A stretch of 63,240 bases of DNA, filler included, from Octopus bimaculoides (GCF_001194135.2; 3 parts of 3 records of this genome joined end to end with filler, not necessarily neighbours in it); one strand, 5' to 3'; counted from the whole stretch's first letter, positions 1 through 12,102 are shown. Program-made: numbers and translations. Notes: generated by a model not told the origin, from the letters alone.

Positions 1-230
1 TTTCCCAATAGATTATATGCTGCATAGAGGCAATCTTCTTCATGTAGCTTCGTTGGATTGCCTCAAGTTCTGAGATTAATTTGACACTGGTTGGTGACCA
101 TAGCTGAGAGTAATAGTCAAAGTGGCTTAGAACAAGTGTCCTCCAGAGCACCATCATGGTTTCCTGATCTCTTGTTCTAAAAGTCCTAAGAATCCATCCG
201 GTCACTCGCCTGCATTTCATTGACAATTTA
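1..230 (-). mobile_element. CR1/L2-like LINE fragment, ORF2 region downstream of the RT domain
   Basis: Minus strand translates as CRRVTGWILRTFRTRDQETMMVLWRTLVLSHFDYYSQLWSP...ELEAIQRSYMKKI. This matches the typical CR1/L2 pattern of ILRTF..R, LV..HLDY.S.LWSP and LE.IQR. Confidence 0.75.
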
Positions 231-644
231 GCAACATGAACAGGAATAATATAATATATTTTAATAAATGTGTGTGTGTGTGGGTGGGTGGGGGTAAATA
301 ATAAGCAAAAACAAGAAGAAACATAATGAAAGGGACAAGATTCCACAAACTGTTATTAGTTCCATGCTTGAAAATAGAAAGGAATAAGGAAAAGGGGTGT
401 TAACATAGAGCCCTTCATCAGTAAAAAGTGAAATGTGATGGAAAGGAGGAAAAATATTTGAGGGACTTAAGGGCCACATGGGAATGCAGTTTTAGGAGAA
501 TGAGTGAAGAAGAGAGGAAGAGGCAGGGAGTTCTGTGCATATAAAGGAGAGTGTCTGTGTAGGGAGATGGGGCATTGCAGAGGGGTTGAGTAAGTTCAGT
601 TTCACACAGAATTTGAGCTGGCAATTATAAGCTCCAAATAGTTA

Positions 645-1052
645 TACTTGTTTCAGTCATTTGACTGTGGCCATGCTGGAGGACCACCTTTAGTCGGAGA
701 AATTGACCGCAGGACTTATTCTTTGTAAGCCTAGTGCTTATTCTAATGGTCTCTTTTGCCGAACTAGTAGGTTACGGGGACGTAAACACACCCGCATCGG
801 TTTTGTCAAGCAATGTTGGGGGACAAACACAGACACACAAACATATATATATATACACACACACACATATATATATATATACATATATACGATGGGCTTC
901 TTTCTGTTTCTGTCTACCAAATCCACTCACAAGGCTTTGGTCAGCCCGAGGCTATAGTAGAAGACACTTGCCCAAGGTACCGCACATTGGGAGTGAACCC
1001 AGAATCATGTGGTTGGTAAACAAGCTACTTACAACACAGCCACTCCTGCACC
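645..1052 (-). mobile_element. tRNA-derived SINE family A (CORE-like, probably octopus OR-type), near full length
   Basis: Reverse complement has a tRNA-like head (gcaggagtggctgtg..gtaagtagcttg, B-box-like gggttcactccc), a CORE-like ccttgggcaagtgtcttc, an internal (TA)n and the tail ggtggtcctccagcatggccacagtcaaatgactgaaac. Many copies occur in the window. Confidence 0.85.
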
Positions 1053-1094
1053 TACAAGCTACTTACCACACAACCACTCCTGCACCTACACACA

Positions 1095-1141
<47 letters not shown>

Positions 1142-1618
1142 ATACCACACAGCCACACCTGCATCTATAAGCTACTTACCACACAACCNNNNNNNNNNNN
1201 NNNNNNNNNNNNNNNNNNNNNNNNNNNNNNNNNNNNNNNNNNNNNNNNNNNNNNNNNNNNNNNNNNNNNNNNNNNNNNNNNNNNNNNNNNNNNNNNNNNN
1301 NNNNNNNNNNNNNNNNNNNNNNNNNNNNNNNNNNNNNNNNNNNNNNNNNNNNNNNNNNNNNNNNNNNNNNNNNNNNNNNNNNNNNNNNNNNNNNNNNNNT
1401 ATAAGGAAATTGAATAAGTAGACAAACGCTCGGGATGTTGTCTTGCTGCAAGAATATGTATGAGCATATGTGTAGGTATATGCATATGTGTGTGAGTATA
1501 TTTCTGCCAATGTTTGCATGTATTTGAATATATATGTATGTGTATTTGTGTGTATGTATATGTATATATTTTTCTGTCTTTCATTTGCCATATAATATGT
1601 GTGCGTGTGTGTGTATAC

Positions 1619-1664
<46 letters not shown>

Positions 1665-3540
1665 ATGTATATATTTATATATATATATTTGTGTGTGTGT
1701 ATCTATATGTATGTATATATGTTTGTATACGTTTGTGTTTTTTTGAGTGTGTGTATGCATGTATGCATATGAATACGTTACATTTTATAGGACTTTCTAT
1801 TTCTGTTAACATGTTTGTTTGATGAGTTTGTTATTTATATCCTTCCTGAAGAGATAGATGCATTGCTGACCATAATTTATCCTGTTGGGCACTTTTGGAG
1901 TGCATCGGTTGAAACATATGGAGAAGACTTCAAGATATGGTTTAACAACATCCCGAGTGTTCGTCTCCTTGTTCAGTTTTTCTATTTTCTACTAAATATG
2001 ACTTACTATCCTGGAAATAAAAAAATCCTGGGATACTTAAGCAACATTTAGCTACCTGGATTTTTCCTATAAATTGTAATACAGGCATTGATGTAACGAC
2101 ATTTGAAATTTTATGAATCTAGCCGAAGAGAACTAATCAAATTTACATTAACAAACACAATTTGGAAAGTTCGAAATCTAGGCCCTAGAATATCCACATT
2201 TGGGTTGTACATTTATTTAATGTTCTTCCTACAGGTAAGATGAAATTTTTCATGTTCACTGCCCGCAAACATTTTTGCCAGTATATATATATATGGCGGT
2301 ATATATATATATAAATGGCAGTGCCCCAGCATGGCCACAGCTCATGAGCTGAAACTAGATAAATTGAAAAAATAAAATGAAATATACAGTGAAGATTTAC
2401 TATAGCATCGTATATTATCAACTGCTATTTCCAATTGATATTTCCAATTGATATTAATTGGTGCATTGCTGTACCACTATCCTATATATATATATATATA
2501 TATATATATACTACCATGAGTTAAAAATTTTTCAAATATTTTATTTTATTTTATTTGTCCTATTTTATTCCTTTAAGATTTTAATATTTTATCTTAATTT
2601 GACTTTTTTGATTTTAACCAGTATTGATTTATTACCCTCTTATCACTGTTTTATTATTACTCCATGATTATTGGTATTGTTATTTCAGTTATTATTTTGG
2701 AAGATTATTGATCACTACAATTGTTTCAACACATCTAGCATTGATGCCTCATGGATGAGATAGTTAACAACTGGTTCAGGCACATCCGACGGTGCAGATG
2801 TATCACTTTGGGTGATGAATATACATAATGAACACTTTGAAAGTGACTGAACTTTACCAGTAAGCTACCAGGTATTATATATTATATATTTATTTATCTA
2901 TTATATATTTATGTATATATATTCCCATAGGTTTTAAATTGTTTTTAATTTTTTAAAATTTGATGTTTTTATTATATTTATCCTGTTTTATTCTTTTAAG
3001 ATCCTCCTATTTTATTTTAACTTCAATTTTTTACTTTCAGGCAGTATTGGGAGCATTACCCTCTTATTGTTTTAGTATTACCCCATGGTTATCAGTGTTA
3101 TTGATTCTGTTATTATTTTGGAAGATTATCTTATTGCTATTTTATTAATATTATTGGTATTGATATTATTGATATTAATGTTGTTGATGCTGATGCTATC
3201 TCCTTCATCATAATTATTTTGGTATAACTTAGAATGACATTGTATGGTAGGTGTAAGAAGCTGATTCTGGCTAGTTTGAACATAAAATTAGGTAGAATAT
3301 TTGGGCTGGATATGGCCAGTTAAAATGCTAGAGGGTAGACACTAGAAGTGCCAACATTTCTTACTTCCTACAAGGACCATAGTGGTCATTTTTGACTGCC
3401 ATTGAAAATCTTTATTTAATAAAATTTATTTTAAATACAACCCTGTCCTCTTGGCCTTGTCCCACTGTATCATTGCTCTCTGCTAGCCCCAGACCTCTAT
3501 GTTCCATCCACATCCTCTATAACCACTATGCCATATGTCT

Positions 3541-3606
3541 GTGGGCATAGTGGTTAAGAGCACAGGCTACTAACCCCAAGATTCCGAGTTCAATTCCAGG
3601 CAGTGA

Positions 3607-3657
<51 letters not shown>

Positions 3658-4200
3658 TAAATGCCCGGATGCAGTACCAGGCAGCGGCTCTCATGGCTTC
3701 TGATCTTAATTGATTGGAAGTGTTATCATGTACCTTGTTTTGTCTTGGTATAAAAGATGGGCTACAGCAAATATTTTGCTTAATACCACAGATTTGCTTG
3801 TCAGTTGTTTGACCTTAACCAGTTGAGCATGTCCCTTGGTGGCTGATGATATGTGCATCTCTGATCATGAGCAGAAGTGGTGGGGGAGCATCATAGCCAT
3901 GTGTTAAGAGGAATTCTTTGAGAGGAATACTTTGAATAATTCACCTTTGGAAACATGGGTGTTTTGCTCAACATCCTTAAATAAACCTTTTGAGCAGGAT
4001 AGGTTACTTGACCTGAAGAAAATTCTAACTGGGCCCTATCTGCGAGGTCATGTGATGTTTATCTTGATATGAGATCACCATGTCATGCACATATGGTTGT
4101 GATGCATGTGCCTGGTGTACCCTTATGAGACGGGTAGTCATGATGGGTATAATGGGCTTCGTATATTCTACCCCAGTCTCACTTTGATGGCATGCAAAAA
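3541..4200 (+). mobile_element. tRNA-like SINE head followed by (AAT)n and an unclassified interspersed repeat body
   Basis: A-box-like ggcatagtggttaag and B-box-like gagttcaattcc at 3544-3598, then (AAT)n and a GC-richer non-coding body. Confidence 0.55.
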
Positions 4201-4261
4201 AAAATATTATAATAATGATAATAATGATAATGATAAAATCGAAAAATACCCCAGGAAGGAG

Positions 4262-4560
4262 AACTCAGGTTCGAAATTTCTCCAAGGCACCTGATGAAGG
4301 CTGGAGGGTATATCAGCTGAAACGTTGTGGTAACAACAAACAAGATGAGGACAAATACCTATCAAATCTAAATAATGTAAATAAAGTACATAATTCCTCA
4401 TCTCTTAAATATAGAACTGTATTATTGAAAAATACCTTAAGAATGAGAACCCAGGTTCGAAATTTCCCTAAGACATCTGGTGAAGGCTGGAAGGTATATC
4501 AGCTGAAACGTGTTAACAACAAACGAGGACAAATATCCATCAAATGTAAATAATGTAAAT
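4262..4560 (+). ncRNA. Tandem ~186-nt repeat with a minimal type I hammerhead-ribozyme-like motif (retrozyme or Penelope pLTR-like)
   Basis: Copy 1: CTGATGA (4291-4297), A, stem GGCTG/CAGCT, GAAA-CGT-T, with stem I CAC/GTG. Copy 2 core at 4477 is CTGGTGA (mutated). Flanks are shared between copies. Confidence 0.6.
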
Positions 4561-5407
4561 AATGCACATTATTCCCCCACTATACCAGATTAAAAACTGA
4601 AAATTCCTATCTTAGACTCACCGATGTCCATGAACAGCTCATATCAAATTTCAGTACATTGGCTGGAGAATATCTGACCGATATACAATGCTAATATGGC
4701 AATGGGTGCTGACCTATGTTTGTGATTGTCCCTCTTCCAAATGTGGCAATACAAAATTCCTACTACTACAACTACTAATACTGCTATTTCTCCTTAGTAC
4801 CACTCCCTCAGTCCCCCCCCCTTGTAACCTGCCTTCACTTATTCTACTATAACATCCCAATTTTACCCCACCTTCTCCATAAAATAACCTTTCTTCAAGT
4901 GCTCTGCTTGTTATTTCCAGCAACGACTGACAAAAGTAGCATTAATTTTCTTAAGTTCAATAGACCATTTGAGTAAACCTACCAGGAATGTACTTATAAT
5001 GACTACTGGAAACAGTTGTAAGCCAAATATGCTCTAGTAAAGGAATTATATGTGATGGCCGTTATTTTTAACTTGCTCCTGATATATATATAATATATAT
5101 ATATATATGTAAACACATACACACATGCGCTTGTATGCTTTGTACGCATTACATTTATATTACAAGACAAAAAATACTCTAACACACTAAAAATTATTCA
5201 GACTCTCATAGTTTCCTGTTACTAGGCTATTTTCCTCACAGCAGTTGTAAAAATGTTTTTGGCAATATGTGTTATTACCATTATCTGTAATCCAAAACAA
5301 CATTAACAGTTAAAAATTACTCACACAAATACAAGAAGCCTGTCGTATATGTATAAATTTAGTTTGTGTATGTGTGTGTGTGTGTGTGTCTCTCTCTCTC
5401 TCTCTTA

Positions 5408-5648
5408 TTGCTATTATGCAAAAGTGTTGTAAGTCCAAAAAGTTGCTTTTTCAGAAACGAAAAAAAGTTTCACCATTCCATAGCAAAAACATTGTACTAC
5501 ACTTTGACAATTTTTGATATCTTGGCATCTGAAGCTGCTGGAGATATGGTAGTTTGACCAAAAGAACCGGCTATTGCAAACAAAATAAATATTGAAAAAA
5601 ACCGCCTTTGGCAAAATTTGGATATACAATAGTTTACCATAATAGCAA
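5408..5648. mobile_element. TA-flanked MITE
   Basis: Perfect terminal inverted repeat TTGCTATTATG ... CATAATAGCAA, with TA on both sides. Confidence 0.65.
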
Positions 5649-5659
5649 TAATATATATA

Positions 5660-6279
5660 TTAGGTTGTTCCGAAAATAATGGTCGATTTCAGAAACATAA
5701 TTTTATTCTGGAAAAATTAAAAATAGAGATGTTTTTATTAGTCAAAGTATGAGCCCAGTTTGCTGACTTTTCTGATGGCATGCTGGTGTTTGATGAATGG
5801 TTGAATGACCAAATCAAAGCTTCTCTGCTAATTCCTCAACAGTTATGATGGGATTTTGTTCCACCAGCATTTGCAGGATGTCCCCGTCAAACTCTACAGA
5901 TCTTCCAGGATGGGGCTTGTCTTCTAGGCTGTAGTTTCCAGATCAAAATTTCTGGAACCACAGTTGACACTAGCTTACACTTGTTGTCCAATTCCTATAT
6001 ACTGCATTAACATTCCTTGCACTTTCCATTGCATTGTTGCCTTTACTGAAATCATAAAGTAAAGTATGCTGAATATGCGCCTTTGTTGCTTCCATTATAG
6101 CTTTGAAAAAAATAACTGTTAAAATCGAACTGCACTCTTCAAAATTTGCACTAAGAATAAGTACAAGGTAAAATTACTACCTGCCTTTATAGCAAGTTAA
6201 TGCAGTAAGTTTATCTCATCCCCCTCTGACTTCTAGTTCATGCAACTGAAAAAATCACATTATTTATGGGATGACCCAA
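5660..6279 (-). mobile_element. Internally deleted mariner element with transposase N-terminal HTH remnant
   Basis: Imperfect TIRs ttaggttgttccgaaaataat / attatttatgggatgacccaa with TA flanks. Minus strand encodes SGNYSLEDKPHPGRSVEFDGDILQMLVEQNPIITVEELAEKL, a Mos1-like HTH. Confidence 0.8.
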
Positions 6280-6399
6280 TATACATGACAGGAGTAAGTA
6301 ACACTCCATAAAATATTTTATGTTTATTCTAACTTGTAATGATTTAGATTTTTTATTAATTGACATTTTTATGTTTCAGGTTCTATATATGACTGTTTA

Positions 6400-7365
6400 A
6401 TCATTCCATGTACAAAAGAAGCATTGGAACTGTCTGAATTTCAAAGGGGCCGTACTGTGGGTGGAAATAGTGTAAAATCACAGAAAACCTTGGGATCCCA
6501 CTTTCTACAGTTAATAGAGTGATTGTGAAATTCACCAGAGAGGGGAGGGAGTCCACATCACCTCACTCAGGTTGACCAGGTGAATTTTACAATCACTCTG
6601 TTAAGAGAAGTGTGGAGGATAATCCTTGTTGCAAGGCCTCTGACATAGCAGAACAAGTTGATGTTAGTCCCAGAACAGTTGTCAGGTATCTCTACAAACT
6701 TGGTTACTATGGCAGAGCAGCAACAAGGAAGCCACTTCCTTGACAGGCCAAAATCAAGCAGAGAAAAGATTGGGCCAGTGAGATGGTGGAAAAACCACTA
6801 GCATTTTGGGACATTGTCATATTCTTCATTGACTCCAGAGTTGCTGTATTTTCTGACAGTGGTCAAGTCTGGGTCTGGAGACTCTGTGATGAAGAATTTG
6901 ATGTGAAAAGATTGCAGCTAACAATGACAGCTATTCTGTGGTAGTCTGGGGAGAAATTTGGAGCAATGGTTGGTCAGAGCTGGTGGAGTGTGAGGGAAAC
7001 ATAAACTCAGATAAATATGTATCCATATTGTAGAAAGGACTCCTTCCAATCTTCTCTAGTGGGGAAATGATTAAATAAGACACTTTATTTATGGAAGAAA
7101 GGGCTCCTTGTCACACAGCTAAAATGACCCAAGATTTGGTGGAAGAGGATGACATTAAAAAGTTTCTATGGTTGAGCTACTCACCAGATATGAACCCTAT
7201 TGAACACCTCTGGGGCATAATGGACAGGACAATTCATAAAAAGAACAAGAAAGCATGAAACTTGGCAAGAAATTCTGCAAGAGAATACTTGTCATCTGAT
7301 CAGTAACATGCTTCATAAGGTCATTGCATTGAAAAATGCAAAGGACATGTCTACTAAATACTAAA
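6400..7365 (+). mobile_element. Tc1-family (DD34E) transposase pseudogene
   Basis: With frameshifts and stops it reads LSEFQRGRTVG ... RYLYKLGYYGRAATRKP ... VWVWR ... VWGEIWSNG ... APCHTAK ... SPDMNPIEHLW. These are diagnostic Tc1 motifs. Confidence 0.9.
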
Positions 7366-7524
7366 TATTCACATTAAGATCCAATAGAGGTAGAAATCAA
7401 CAAAAACGTAATTCATCCAGTGAGATAAATATCAATTTAAATACACAATTAAAAGAGCTACTAATAGCTTCATGTGCTTATAATATTTGAGCATGCATAT
7501 TTATAAAATACTCCATATATCTTA

Positions 7525-7588
7525 AAGCAATCTTTCAGGCTCTGTTTATGTGTTATGCAATGCATAAACGGAGCCTGAAAGATTGCTT
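7525..7588. repeat. 26-bp-stem hairpin, possibly a palindromic MITE remnant
   Basis: aagcaatctttcaggctctgtttatg / cataaacggagcctgaaagattgctt pair with one G.T wobble around a 12-nt loop. Confidence 0.8.
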
Positions 7589-7802
7589 AAAAATACATGG
7601 TATAATTTATAAGTACGCTTGTTCAAATATCACAATAGCATGAAACTAATAGTAGCTCTTTCTTTTGTGTATTTATATATATATATATATATATATNNNN
7701 NNNNNNNNNNNNNNNNNNNNNNNNNNNNNNNNNNNNNNNNNNNNNNNNNNNNNNNNNNNNNNNNNNNNNNNNNNNNNNNNNNNNNNNNNNNNNNNNNNNN
7801 NN

Positions 7803-7837
<35 letters not shown>

Positions 7838-8214
7838 CATATACATACATATATAAAGTCAGGAAGTATGAGATGTATGTAAATATATGCATCAGTTGAT
7901 ATCCATAAGATTGCAATCATTTAACTACCAGCATTATGGGAAAATTATTCATTTTAGTGTATGATAAATTATTTTACATATCTGGATTGGTGTATATGCT
8001 ATAAATTACGTAGTACCACTGTACATTTTACAGAGAATACAGGTATATTAGGCTAGCTCTTCAGATCATAGAATATCATGGTTACATCTATTCTTCAACT
8101 CATTACAGACATATGAAAGTTATATCCAAAATTAATGAAAATTAATGACAAAGGAATAAACAATTATCTTATACATATAAGTGTGTGTGTGTATACATAC
8201 GCATATTATCATCA

Positions 8215-8923
8215 TCATTGTTTAACGTCTGGTTTCCATGTTGGTATGGGTTGGACGGTTTGATTGAGGACTGGCAAGCCAGGAGGCTGCACCAGGCTCT
8301 AATCTGATCTAGCAAGGTTTCTACTGCTGGATGCCTTTCTTAATGCCAACCACTACGAGAGTGTAGTAGGTGCTTTTTACATGTCACCGGCATGGGGTTC
8401 AGTCAGTCAGTAATGGCATCGACCACACTCAAATGGTGCTTTTTACGTGCCATTGCCACAGGTGCCAGTCTGGGGCCACTAGCATCGGCCATGACAGTGA
8501 TTTCACTTGACTCAAGAGGTCTTCTCAAGCACAGCATATTGCCTGGCGATTGATGAGTACTTTTAAACGGGAGGTTATGTGACACAGGCATTGGCCATAG
8601 CTACGATCTCATTTGGCTTGCTGGGTCTTCTCAAGTGCAACATATCTCCAAAGGTCTTGGTCACTTGTCATTGTCTCTGTCAGGCCTAAAGTTTGAAGGT
8701 CGTGCTTCCCCACCTCATCCAAGGTCTTCCTGGCTCTACCTCTTCCACAGGTTCCCTCCATTGTTTGAGTGTGACATTTCTTCAGCATCAAGTATGCTGA
8801 CTCTGAGGGTGTGGAAGGTGTCAGTCGGCAAAACCCTGAGATGGAGACAGCAGCATTATGCATTTGAAAAGAAAGCTCACATTTGGCAGATCTTGTAAAC
8901 ATACAATAGCCTTCAGCCTGCAT
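8215..8923 (-). mobile_element. RTE-clade LINE 3' end (ORF C-terminus plus 3'UTR with (GAT)n tail)
   Basis: ORF 8609-8923 ends MEGTCGRGRARKTLDEVGKHDLQTLGLTETMTSDQDLWR, the RTE GR-GRP..W C-terminal motif. It is followed by the 3'UTR seen in other copies. Confidence 0.85.
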
Positions 8924-9092
8924 ATGTGTATGTATGTATATACATATATATATATATATAGTTTTAGGGAAAATATATACTTTATATATACTTTATATAT
9001 ACTTTATCTATAAGGCTCAATTTAATTTTAATTTTTATAAATTGATTTTAATTGAGTTTTTTACCTGTAATTTTGGATTTTGTCCCTAATAT

Positions 9093-9127
<35 letters not shown>

Positions 9128-10089
9128 TAGATGGATGTGTACATGAGAAATTCGTGTGGAAATATTATAATCTAGAATTGGCAACAGGATCCATGTCTAG
9201 TCCATGCAAGCATTGAAAAGTGGATGTTTCATATATCTTAGAAAATCAGAGGTCAAAAAGTGGGAACCTAAAACTATTCTGGGAAACGTTGGAAAAATAA
9301 AAAAGATAACGTTAGTTTTAGATTCATTCAAATATAAAAGAATATCTACCTCTTTAGCTTCCAACTTTTTCTAATGAAGAAAATTCTATATGAAACTTTC
9401 TACATTTACTATAAAATATAATAAATAATAGGAGGGATTCATCTAAAGCTGAGCTGATTTTCAGTCGTACAGAAATATGAGTTTATATTAGAGAAAAGAG
9501 TGACAATGATGTGTCATACAGTATCCAGGAAGAGTCAGCTAGACAGTAGTATCCTGACCACACTGAGATAGTGAGAGATGTATGATGTAATAGTTCTATT
9601 GAAGTCTAACTTTCCCTACTAAAATATGAAAATTTATTCCCACTAGAGATAAATGATTTGGAATCAATGCCTATTAAGTTCTGGAAATTTAGAACTCTTG
9701 GTCTCCTGATACTCAGAAACATATTCCTCCTCTTTAATAAAGCTTGACTAACAAACTTCATCAAAGCAAAATCTGATTGATCTATCTCAGACTTGGCATA
9801 AAACGGTGGGTATGATTCCATACAGATATGTACATGTGTAGGTGATATAGAGGTTCAAAAAATAAAACTTCAAAATTTAACATTACCATCATGCCATCTA
9901 AGTGTAACGTAGACTTTTCTTTCATCTTTTTTTATTGCTTCCATCTAAAACCACCTGAAAGACATATTATTAAAATTTAAATTCCAGCTTCAGTTATAAT
10001 TTCTTTAAGCTTTCATTTCTTTTTGTCCTGTACTTTACCATGTTCAAATAATTAATAATATGATCATGCCTATTACAGCACTTTTACTG

Positions 10090-11120
10090 ATAGAAGAAAT
10101 ACCTGGCAAAGAATAAACTACTAATCCTGGCTTTCATTGATTTTGAGAAAGCATATGACAGGATACCCTGATCAGTAAATAGATGAACTCAGAGGAAACT
10201 GAATGTAGATAAATGGCTTGTCTTGAGAGTTCAAGCTATGTACAAGGATACTGTGAGTTAAGCGAGAGTTGGTAATGACTTCACTGATGAATTTAGTATG
10301 AAAGAAGAAATCCATCAAAGATCAGTCTTCAGTCCTCTCTTATTCATCACAGTCCTCCAAGCATCACTTAGGAGTTAAAAGTGGCTGTCCATGGGAACTT
10401 GTATATGGTGTTAATTAGTTCTCATAGCTGTCTTATAGGGGAAATTAGAGAAGAAATTCCAGGCATGGAAGCTAATCCTGAAACTGAGGGGCTTTGAAGG
10501 TAAGCCTGGCAAAGACAATGGCTTTAGTAAGTAGAAAAAAAAGACAAGATCCTGGTACATTCAGGGAAATGGCCTTGCTCAATATGCAGACAATAGGTGG
10601 CTATAAATTCCATATCCTGTATTTAATGCAAGCAATGGACATAGAAAAGATGTATTTCAATCTTCATATATGATAGAGGCACTGGAGCAGTAGATATGAA
10701 AAGGCCTGAAACTGAGTCCCTTAAATGCCCAAATGGCTCATTAGACATAGTTGATAGCTTATATCACCTAGGAGATGTAATTAGCAAGAGAGATGGTTGC
10801 TCTGAAAGTATAGTTGCTAGAGTAAGAACTGGTTGGAGAAAGTTCAGGGAGATACTAATACTGTTGACAACAAATATTTTTTCCTTAGAGCAGATAGTAT
10901 GATGCTTGTGTTAGAACTGCGATGTTGCATGGTAGTGAGCCATGGGCCTTGAATGCAGAAAACTTGAGAAGACTGAAAAGAAATGAAGCAAACATGTTCG
11001 GTTAGATGTACAATGTGAGTGTGCATGAAAGAACTGGCACAAAAATACTGAGTGAAAAGCTAAGTGTAAGAGGAATGAGATATGGTGTGTGGTTGTATCA
11101 CATAGTGCAATGGACATGAT
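10090..11120 (+). mobile_element. RTE-clade LINE reverse transcriptase fragment (decayed)
   Basis: Reads KYLAKNKLLILAFIDFEKAYDRIP ... IHQRSVFSPLLFI ... YHLGDVIS ... ARVRTGWRKFRE ... AMLHGSEPWAL, which are RTE RT and thumb motifs. Confidence 0.9.
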
Positions 11121-12102
11121 TTTCTATTCAAAACTAATGCAAATGCAGAAATCAGCATAAACCATTCTTCCTTGTCTTCCACAACCTGGAAAATGCTTTT
11201 GACTTTATATCAAGAGATCTTATGTGAGCAGCACTTCAATATTTATGGCTATCCAAATCCCTTCAGCTTTCTGACTCAAGTACTGTATGACTGTATGACA
11301 GGTAGTGTTTTCCATCAAAAGAAACTTTCTGAACAGTCTCTGATTAAATGTAGAAAGTACATTCTTGTACTTATCCATGATACTTGTTTAACTTCCTTAA
11401 GACAATTCAAGTGAGGACATCCAATACCATTTTGAACTATTTACGAGTCAGATTCTGGTTTCATCAACCAATCAGCTTCCATTGCAGAGCTAAAGTCAAC
11501 CTTCAGAGTTACTGAAACTGAGAGAAAAACATGAGAAACTGAAGCACATGTCAGCATCACTTAGGAAATTCAGGAACTGATGTTTTTAAAGTCAAAAGAA
11601 AAAAGTGAAGGAAGGAAGAAATCAAGATGCAACAACAGTTAGAATCCCAACTAACTCTTCTTTGCCATCTGTTTTTCTATTCTACCCCTTTTGCACACAG
11701 ATCAGCTGTTTTAGTCATAACACCAACAATGTGATGTAACCACTCAATTACAAATGAAATTCTTGGAAACAAAAAATAACCAAACAACAATGCTGAATCA
11801 ACAATGGCAACAACCAACACCACTATGCATATGTTTTTATGTGGGCATAGGTTGAATACATGTAACACACACCTGAGCTAGTGTTCAATCATCTATGCAA
11901 GACAGCCCAGTGAAGCCTAACTTTGTCACTTCTTCCCATGTGACTTCATATAATAGCAACATTCTATAACATTCCGATCACTCAAACATACAACCTGTTG
12001 ATGACATTAAAATCCAGTTACTCAATCCATTCAAAAATACTCAAATTTTTATATAAGCTAACCTTTCATGGGAAACATCATATTTATCTCATTTATTTTC
12101 AG

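Noticed and set aside
395-430. CTGATGA-A-GGG on the minus strand, hammerhead-like start
   Set aside because: No GAAA or closing stem follows.
3541-3610. Possible tRNA gene (also 34500-34575 and 55095-55162)
   Set aside because: A/B boxes are present but there is no complete cloverleaf, and the sequences run into repeat bodies. They are SINE heads.
9606-9821. 71-aa ATG-initiated minus ORF
   Set aside because: No recognisable motif or convincing splice sites; this length is expected by chance.
11677-11868. Hydrophobic 63-aa minus ORF that could be a terminal exon
   Set aside because: The acceptor lacks a pyrimidine tract, there is no ATG and no recognisable family. A strong plus-strand acceptor at 11700 is followed by stops in all frames.
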